Shown here in pieces: positions 58,453-64,000 of a stretch of 64,000 nucleotides of DNA. This DNA comes from a virus (Duplodnaviria; Caudoviricetes), in IMG/VR virus record IMGVR_UViG_3300035182_001315; one strand, written 5' to 3'. Every line of letters begins with the position of its first letter. Positions within the stretch are counted from its first letter, which is position 1. Position numbers and translations under genes: made by a program. The notes under the pieces are model-generated. The model worked only from the letters and a program-made list of their open reading frames with translations, was not told the origin of the DNA and did no database searches.

Positions 58453-59400
58453 TTATCTTACTATCTTTACATCTGATACGGTTGTTTTGCCGTCTATATC
58501 AATCTGCTGTATGCGGAAATAAGTGTATTTTTCCTTAGCTACAGCAACATCATTGCTTTTTGTGCAAGAGGTAAACCCAATTAGTGAACCCATTACCAGC
58601 ATCCCGGCAACCATTAACCCCTTACGATTCTTTACCATCCCGGCGAAGATAAGCAGCAACACAATGCCACCCAATAAGCCAATACCAGCCTTTTCAACGC
58701 TTGTAAGTGTATAAATGTAATCTGTAGATATTTCGCTTGTACCATCTGCGTAATGAGAAGCAATAAAGCCAATGTTTGAGAAGTTTATACCATCTGTTGA
58801 ACCCTGAATATTCCAACCCTTATTAGAATGTTCGCTTGTAGTTGTCCAACGTAAAACTACGCTGCTGTTTACCTTTGAAGCTGTAAAGTTAATCAATATA
58901 ACCGGCAACCCACCTGAAATAGTACATGTGTTTGCGCTTAAAGCAGATTCAGCATAATTGTGATTGTTTGTAATTGTTGAATTACCGCTAATTTTGTAAC
59001 CTATTGCATTACCTGAATAATTGTCATTAGCTGGGTCTGATGGATTATTTCCGTTATTGTTCGCATAAGTACAAGTAAGCTGCGCAGTAAGATTTGGATA
59101 AATACCGTTTGTGTTTGCATACTGGTAAACCGTAACTTGAAAGGATTTTGTTAAATCGTTTTCGTTTGAATTTGTTCCGAGTGTTGTTAAATATTTAACG
59201 GTTGTTGGGTTTATTGAAGTACCAGCCGTAAAGCTAAAACCTGAATTAAGTGTTAACTTGACGTTTTGCGCACCATCAAATAAAGTTCCTTCAAATACAA
59301 AGGTGTGAGCCGTCCAGCATCTAGACTTAGGTTTAATGTTGTGAGCAAAAGAACTTGCCGTTATAATAAGAGCAAGGGAAAATAAAATAATACGTTTCAT
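58453..59400 (-). CDS. secreted/membrane protein with Bacteroidota LPVxLxxF Ig-like domain
   Basis: Signal peptide; LPVILINFTA..V.LRWTT.SE.SNKGWNIQGSTDG..F..IGFI; internal hydrophobic segments ending TSC; YFRIQQIDIDG. Confidence 0.75.
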   Translation of the reverse strand: MKRIILFSLALIITASSFAHNIKPKSRCWTAHTFVFEGTLFDGAQNVKLTLNSGFSFTAGTSINPTTVKYLTTLGTNSNENDLTKSFQVTVYQYANTNGIYPNLTAQLTCTYANNNGNNPSDPANDNYSGNAIGYKISGNSTITNNHNYAESALSANTCTISGGLPVILINFTASKVNSSVVLRWTTTSEHSNKGWNIQGSTDGINFSNIGFIASHYADGTSEISTDYIYTLTSVEKAGIGLLGGIVLLLIFAGMVKNRKGLMVAGMLVMGSLIGFTSCTKSNDVAVAKEKYTYFRIQQIDIDGKTTVSDVKIVR

Positions 59401-59544
59401 GTTTTAAATTTTAGTTTTAAATGATAAGAACATTGCAAAGATACTATTATTTTCCATAACTCCAAATCTATTTTAAGGAAAAAGAATTTTAAAAATACTT
59501 GCTAAAAAGTTTGCAGTTTCAAAAGATAGTCTTATCTTTACACT

Positions 59545-59631
59545 GTCGTTACTGTTGAACGTCAGGACAGGAGGAAGTTTCTTTATATACAGGAACTTGA
59601 GGTATACTCCAACCTACACGCTACTTTTTTT
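59545..59631 (+). ncRNA. candidate small structured RNA
   Basis: Plus-strand copy of the early promoter (59527-59540), long interrupted hairpin, T7 run, no ORF. Confidence 0.4.
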
Positions 59632-59705
59632 AAGAGTTTTAAACACGAAAAAAACCCCGTAGGGTTTTCCTCTATTGTATAACCGTCCACTGTTATATCA
59701 TTTCA

Positions 59706-59947
59706 AAATCGTCTTCAGGGTAATCTTCATCTCAGTACTCCAAAGCCATATCAAAATCCGGTTCAAAATCTTCATCTATTGGGTTATCATCCTGTAGTTC
59801 TTCAGGAGAAATATACAGGTCGAAATCGTCTTCAGGGTAATCTTCATCTGAGTACTCCAAAGCCATATCAAAATCCGGTTCAAAATCTTCATCTATTGGG
59901 TTATCATCCTGTAGTTCTTCAGGAGAAATATACAGGTCGAAATCGTC
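59706..59947. repeat. 117-bp tandem duplication with one mismatch
   Basis: Units start 59706 and 59823; differ only at 59733 (C) versus 59850 (G). Confidence 0.95.
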
Positions 59948-59971
59948 AAATTGTGCGTTTTTGTCTTGCAT
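59732..59971 (-). CDS. extremely acidic early protein (DNA-mimic candidate)
   Basis: 79 aa, close to half D/E, two 39-aa repeats; behind promoter 60005. Confidence 0.7.
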   Translation of the reverse strand: MQDKNAQFDDFDLYISPEELQDDNPIDEDFEPDFDMALEYSDEDYPEDDFDLYISPEELQDDNPIDEDFEPDFDMALEY

Positions 59972-60057
59972 AATTGTAGAGTTTTAATGTTTGAATGATG
60001 AACCAAAGATAAGACTAAATTTGGTTATCTCCAAACTTTTGTACAACTATTTTTAAA

Positions 60058-60267
60058 TTAATTTTCGTAATACCATGCCATTTTATTTTTGGCTGTATCG
60101 CTGAGCATATCACTTGCAATCTCCTTTACCTTATTGTCAGGTGTTTGTTCGGTAATTTCACAATCTACCATTTCGCTATACTGCCAAGGCTTTTGGCGGC
60201 ATTCTACCATAGTTTCGTTAAACAGGTCTAACTTTTCTTTTAAAGCTACGCTAATAGGCTAGTTCAT
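60058..60267 (-). pseudogene. 69-aa ORF with TAG at codon 3
   Basis: ATG AAC TAG CCT ATT... then open frame PISVALKEKLDLF...YYEN. Confidence 0.45.
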
Positions 60268-60268
60268 A

Positions 60269-60445
60269 TTATAGTGTGGTTTGATGAATGTAATCAGCGG
60301 CCATACATTCAAGCAGTTCCATTGATTCGCCGCCTAATAAACCGTAATCCAATATTTCAGCAGGTGTTAACGGGGCAAGCTTTGCCTTCGCTATCAATCC
60401 GTTAAAGATTGCTATTGATTCCGTTTGTGTGCGTACTATTTTCAT
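60269..60445 (-). CDS. hypothetical early protein (58 aa), not in the ORF track
   Basis: MKIVRTQTESIAIF..., directly behind promoter 60451. Confidence 0.55.
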   Translation of the reverse strand: MKIVRTQTESIAIFNGLIAKAKLAPLTPAEILDYGLLGGESMELLECMAADYIHQTTL

Positions 60446-60532
60446 GGTGTAAAGATAAGACTATTTTTCAATAAAACAAATTTGTTTCTATGAAATATTA
60501 AACTATCTTTGCAGTTCATCAAATCAATTAAT

Positions 60533-60931
60533 ATGCAAATTATTTTAAGCAATGAAGAAAAAGAACAGGTTCTTCATACAATATTATGTGACGGGTTGAG
60601 TCCGTTAAATGGTTGCGGATTAGATATCAAATATAGTGATAAATCCTATGCAGCGGCCAAAAAAACTTGGCTTGAAGCTAATCCGGCTAAATCACCATGC
60701 CAGGAGGATATTTGGTTACAGATTATCAAGGATGGTAATTTTACGATTGTTGATTTGGAAGGTGAAGGCGAACATACCAAAAAACTAACCTTGGATATGC
60801 TTGATTCCATCAAATCCGAAAGGGTTGTAGGATTGATTAAGAATATCCTCGATGAGGATGGTGATTACGATGCATGGGATGCGTTTGATATCCTTCAATA
60901 CATTCTGTACGGTGAATTGGTGTTCGGTTAA
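60533..60931 (+). CDS. hypothetical early protein
   Basis: MQIILSNEEK...; TATCTTTG at 60504-60511; ends D..LQY.L.GE.VFG; terminator at about 60938-60960. Confidence 0.65.
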   Translation: MQIILSNEEKEQVLHTILCDGLSPLNGCGLDIKYSDKSYAAAKKTWLEANPAKSPCQEDIWLQIIKDGNFTIVDLEGEGEHTKKLTLDMLDSIKSERVVGLIKNILDEDGDYDAWDAFDILQYILYGELVFG

Positions 60932-61044
60932 CTTACAAGGCCCTTAGGGGCCTTTTTTTGGCTCTATTCGTTTCCATGTACACAAATGTGTACCTATAGC
61001 AAAAGGCCCCGTTAAGGGCCTTTAAAATGCGTTAGATTGAAGGG

Positions 61045-61269
61045 TTAAAGACTAGTATCATTCATTAGGAACTCATCTGTCAGACACTTAGGGCATCCCC
61101 AAAACTCTTTATTGTATTGCCTGCTAATATCGGTTATGTATTTCAGTGACGGCATTGTCCCGTCAATAACGGGTATCTTTTGGGAGTTTTCGTTGGGGTT
61201 TGGGTTGATATACAAGTTCCAACACATATTACAACGGCAAACGTATTGGGGTGTGGCATGTATTAGCAT
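61045..61269 (-). CDS. small zinc-finger-like protein
   Basis: CNMC and CPKC pairs. Confidence 0.55.
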   Translation of the reverse strand: MLIHATPQYVCRCNMCWNLYINPNPNENSQKIPVIDGTMPSLKYITDISRQYNKEFWGCPKCLTDEFLMNDTSL

Positions 61270-61312
61270 GGTTAGGGGTTTAGAATATAAATATAAGACT
61301 ATTTAACCAAAC

Positions 61313-61488
61313 TTACAAATTATTATGAAGAAAATCTTCAGTGAATAGATATTCCTTCATGGCATTGGTTAGCCGTTCCAGAACATCATTAGCCATGGCA
61401 GGGGATACGTTAAAGGTGTATTGCTTATGCACCTCTACAATATCCTCTATTGCCTTCTTTATCTTGTATTAAGAATGTTGTGTAACAT
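61313..61488 (-). pseudogene. small ORF split by a 1-nt deletion near 61469
   Basis: MLHNILN then -1 frame YKIKKAIEDIVEVHKQY...FLHNNL. Confidence 0.4.
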
Positions 61489-61497
61489 CGTTGTAAA

Positions 61498-62064
61498 TTA
61501 AAGGGTTATCAAATCTTCAGCCTTTGCGCCTGCTTGTTCAAGTATTCCGTTTTCCAGTATATCACTACCGTAAAAACCCCAACAAGAATCTTGCTCTTCA
61601 CCGGCATCCTTAGCCTCTTCATTGGCGTAGGTTTTAAAGCCAAATGTTTCACCAGTAAGAAACTGGTTATACGTGGTAACTTCAGCCAGTAGGTTAAGCC
61701 TTGCCTTCTCAATGATTTTTTTTGTCACACGCTTAACGCTGTATTCTTCACGTAGCTTTGCCTTTGTTATGTAGATAAACCCAATTTGACCAGAATCCCA
61801 AGGGCAAGAGAATGGAGTAGTACGGATTGTAATACCTGAATGGTCATACATGTACATTGGAAGAAGTAAACCGATACCCTGTTTTTTAACAGCGGCCATT
61901 GCCTCATCGGGAGAATCGTATTTGTGCTTGTCGCCAAGTGTATAACGTCTATGGAAACAAATCATTGTACCAAAGTTATCCCACTCTTCACGGGGGTTTT
62001 GTGCATCGTTATCCTGAATTACTTCAATGATACGGCCATCTTTTAAGTTGTAAGTGTTACGCAT
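61498..62064 (-). CDS. hypothetical early protein
   Basis: NPREEWDNFGTMICFHRRY.LGD, LPMYMYDHSGITI..TPFSCPWDSGQIG, DSCWGFYG. Confidence 0.7.
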   Translation of the reverse strand: MRNTYNLKDGRIIEVIQDNDAQNPREEWDNFGTMICFHRRYTLGDKHKYDSPDEAMAAVKKQGIGLLLPMYMYDHSGITIRTTPFSCPWDSGQIGFIYITKAKLREEYSVKRVTKKIIEKARLNLLAEVTTYNQFLTGETFGFKTYANEEAKDAGEEQDSCWGFYGSDILENGILEQAGAKAEDLITL

Positions 62065-62182
62065 AGTTGTATGTTTGTTTTATGATGAATCAAAGATAAA
62101 ACTATATTTCGGTATTACCAAATGTTTTTAAAAATAAAATGCCCCAATTAAGGGGCATCTTATAGGCGTATCAATAGCCCTT

Positions 62183-62446
62183 TTATTTCAAACCAACTAT
62201 GCTCTTTAATTCTGCTTTAATCTGCCTTGCGTCCTCACCACGCCATGTAGTGGCATTGCTTAGGAAATAGAGTACCAAAGATTCGGCAGTATCAGCGCCG
62301 TACATATCTCCCTTCTTTTCCACTGATAACATTGCATTGGCGTAGGGAACAGCGCCGAAATACATCTTGCCTTTGCCTTGTCCAACCGGCCAATACTGAA
62401 AAATTTCCTGTGCGATAACGTTGATAGGTCTGTGTGTGTTTGTCAT
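62183..62446 (-). CDS. hypothetical early phage protein
   Basis: RPI..IA.EI...W...YFGAVPY..AM...YFLSNA.TWRGE.AR.IKAELK. Confidence 0.7.
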   Translation of the reverse strand: MTNTHRPINVIAQEIFQYWPVGQGKGKMYFGAVPYANAMLSVEKKGDMYGADTAESLVLYFLSNATTWRGEDARQIKAELKSIVGLK

Positions 62447-62500
62447 ATATCGTATTGTTTAGAATACAAAGATAAGACTATTTTTGACACTTCCAAACTT

Positions 62501-62725
62501 TTATTCCACTTCTTCTTCAATTTCCTCAACCTTTCCATCGTAGTCAAGATTTTCCATATCAGCAACAAACATAAGGAACAACTCAAAGGTATCAGTTGAA
62601 TGCAACCGGCCAATACCATAGATACCATTACCCTTATAACCAGCCTGACTTTCAAAAGTCTTACGGTAACGCTTATCCATTGATTCGGTAACTTGTGGCT
62701 CCAATTGGGCTATTATCTTGCTCAT
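62501..62725 (-). CDS. hypothetical early protein
   Basis: 74 aa, ATGA overlap with upstream gene. Confidence 0.55.
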   Translation of the reverse strand: MSKIIAQLEPQVTESMDKRYRKTFESQAGYKGNGIYGIGRLHSTDTFELFLMFVADMENLDYDGKVEEIEEEVE

Positions 62726-63171
62726 ATAGAAAAGGCTTTAATAGAATCTTTTAAGATATGCAGGTTAGACAGTATCCGGCTGTTATAGCAGAATCTGTCA
62801 CCCATGAATTCCTGTAGGGTTACGGCTTCAAGGCAATAGTTTTGCAGGATTGAAACAAGTGTAACCTTCATGCGTACAGATGGAATCATTTCCTGACTTA
62901 TGGTTTGCCCTTCGTCGTTCTTTGTGTATTTGTAAACATCAAAGTTTACAGAATCACTTTCCAGAATTTCGTGTACGGCTTCATTATCCAATAGCAACTT
63001 TGTGCCGCCAATGTACCCACGTATATCCAGCGTTTGATAAAATTCGTTTGGAGCTTTGTCGTGCCAAAGGCTATGATTGATAGCGGCATCGATTTTTTCC
63101 TTGTCGAAGGGAATGACGTAAGTGTCTTTGTATTCGTTTGTGTAGAGGTCGATGTACTTTTGCTGTACCAT
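62722..63171 (-). CDS. hypothetical early protein
   Basis: Start MVQQKY at 63171 behind promoter 63191. Confidence 0.6.
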   Translation of the reverse strand: MVQQKYIDLYTNEYKDTYVIPFDKEKIDAAINHSLWHDKAPNEFYQTLDIRGYIGGTKLLLDNEAVHEILESDSVNFDVYKYTKNDEGQTISQEMIPSVRMKVTLVSILQNYCLEAVTLQEFMGDRFCYNSRILSNLHILKDSIKAFSI

Positions 63172-63233
63172 AGTTGTTGATTTAGAATACAAAGATAAGA
63201 CTATTTTTGATATTTCCAAATCTTTTTTAAAAT

Positions 63234-63560
63234 AAAAAAAGGGCCGATGTAGAAACATAGCCCTGTCTAAATCCAATATCCTATGAAAAACCGACTTTGA
63301 AATTCGGTGGAAGCGAAACGGTTACCCGTCCCTTTATATTTAGCTCATTCACTTTTACACGTGCTATTATGTGAACCCCTTCATACATTGAGCTTTCGCA
63401 ACTCCCCGAATTTCTTAATGTTGTTTAGGCTCCGCCTGTTAAAACAATTGGATTACCTAATACTTTTAGAAAAACCGCCCCTACACTGGTGTAACCTTTC
63501 CAGCAAAGTTTTGATAATAGCCCTGCATATTAAGCAGGATGATGAGGCGTGTTTTACCTA
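63234..63560 (-). ncRNA. candidate structured non-coding RNA (about 325 nt) ending in a terminator
   Basis: Several hairpins, an 8-bp long-range stem, a GTAA-capped stem, terminal hairpin plus T run; no credible minus-strand ORF. Confidence 0.45.
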
Positions 63561-63566
63561 ATATTT

Positions 63567-63680
63567 TTAACGATGTCCGTACCCAACATATCCACGGGTA
63601 GCCTGACAACCATTCTGAGTTCTGCATGATGTTGCAAACAATGCTGCAATTACCAATACTGCTAAGATTATACGTTTCAT
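63567..63680 (-). CDS. tiny lipoprotein (37 aa)
   Basis: MKRIILAVLVIAALFATS-C lipobox-like signal; TATCTTTG at 63708-63715. Confidence 0.6.
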   Translation of the reverse strand: MKRIILAVLVIAALFATSCRTQNGCQATRGYVGYGHR

Positions 63681-63750
63681 AAATTTCGTTTGTTTTTTAA
63701 TGTGATACAAAGATAATTCTTTTTTCGTAACTTCCAAACTTTTCACCAAA

Positions 63751-63981
63751 TTATTTCATCTTTATTATTTTCTCTATTTCCGCCTCACTAACTTTCCCCT
63801 CTGCTATTACCTTAACCGTAATCAGTCCAGCCGTTGGGTGTTTCCTGTGTCTGAATTCATGTATGGTTATATCCTTTTGCCTGTAGCTACCCATATACTG
63901 CCATGATTCGCCGTCATTGGTGGCAATTGAAGGGGCTTCAAGTCCTTCGTTAATTGGGTGTGTTTCCAGCCAGCTCCACAT
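63751..63981 (-). CDS. hypothetical protein
   Basis: 76-aa ORF; WQYMGS motif; start may lie further upstream. Confidence 0.5.
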   Translation of the reverse strand: MWSWLETHPINEGLEAPSIATNDGESWQYMGSYRQKDITIHEFRHRKHPTAGLITVKVIAEGKVSEAEIEKIIKMK

Positions 63982-64000
63982 AGAGTGCCATTCAGAGCTG

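Larger units (their letters stand above)
55003..63203 (-). promoter_or_regulatory. array of early promoters TTTG-N-TAGTCTTATCTTT(G/A)
   Basis: Plus strand AAAGATAAGACTA at 55003, 55903, 56552, 56902, 57506, 57924, 58355, 60005, 60451, 62468, 63191; each shortly before a minus-strand ATG; contains TAnnTTTG-type -7 element. Confidence 0.85.

Noticed and set aside
59560-59582. SRP RNA core (CAGG..GGA.GGAAG resemblance)
   Set aside because: The symmetric loop and GNRA-capped helix of SRP are not formed; the similarity is only a few nucleotides.
49797-60261. Stop-codon reassignment (TAG or TGA recoding)
   Set aside because: The in-frame stops fall at positions expecting different residues (Trp, Ser, unknown); long genes are intact in code 11, and TAG/TGA end some normal genes.
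55003-63203. CRISPR array
   Set aside because: Repeat spacing is irregular (350 bp to over 2 kb), the intervals are genes, and the repeat matches a promoter consensus.
63305-63484. tmRNA (GGGGC... start and ...TCCACC end)
   Set aside because: Only about 180 nt between the ends, poor acceptor-stem register, no TTCGA T-loop and no tag reading frame.
63307-63561. Plus-strand 84-aa ORF
   Set aside because: Antisense to the local transcription direction, no promoter or leader, non-protein-like composition; overlaps the structured RNA candidate.
1-64000. tRNA or rRNA genes, integrase, transposase
   Set aside because: No cloverleaf with T-loop/CCA features or such enzyme motifs were recognised by eye; a tRNAscan-SE run would be needed to exclude atypical tRNAs.

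Overview
A 64-kb piece of a large, T4-like (gp5/gp17/gp20/gp21/gp22/gp23/gp55-type core) tailed dsDNA phage genome in genetic code 11. The host is most likely Bacteroidota: TAnnTTTG-type promoters, AT-rich leaders without Shine-Dalgarno sequences, lipoprotein signal peptides and an LPVxLxxF Ig-like secreted protein. Layout: (1) 1-10.4 kb glycosyltransferases, a late-sigma-like gene, baseplate/virion genes and a pyruvyltransferase; (2) 14.1-30.3 kb head morphogenesis (major capsid, scaffold, prohead protease, portal, large terminase); (3) 30.4-54.4 kb accessory and metabolic genes (vWA, mgsA, thyA, macrodomain, SLOG, KTSC, ClpB/C, ABC-ATPase/GNAT, RNase H-like, LRR protein, thioredoxin, PNK, RNA ligase, dead pth2, nucleotidyltransferase, DHFR) with several homing-endonuclease genes or remnants; (4) 54.4-55.0 kb a non-coding iteron plus G-tract locus at which GC skew flips (candidate transcription-primed origin); (5) 55-64 kb a dense array of small early genes, most behind a copy of one promoter motif. 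Most notable: the origin candidate; two gene pairs joined by -1 shifts at 9-nt homopolymers; a late motif ATATTTAT coupled to a family of proteins with a shared N-terminal leader (candidate capsid-targeting system); two promoter/terminator-bounded structured non-coding regions; and 3'-end gene-replacement scars. Several small genes carry 1-nt indels or premature stops, so homopolymer sequencing error is a real alternative for the frameshift claims. All family assignments come from motif recognition by eye; no database search was run. No tRNA or CRISPR array was seen.
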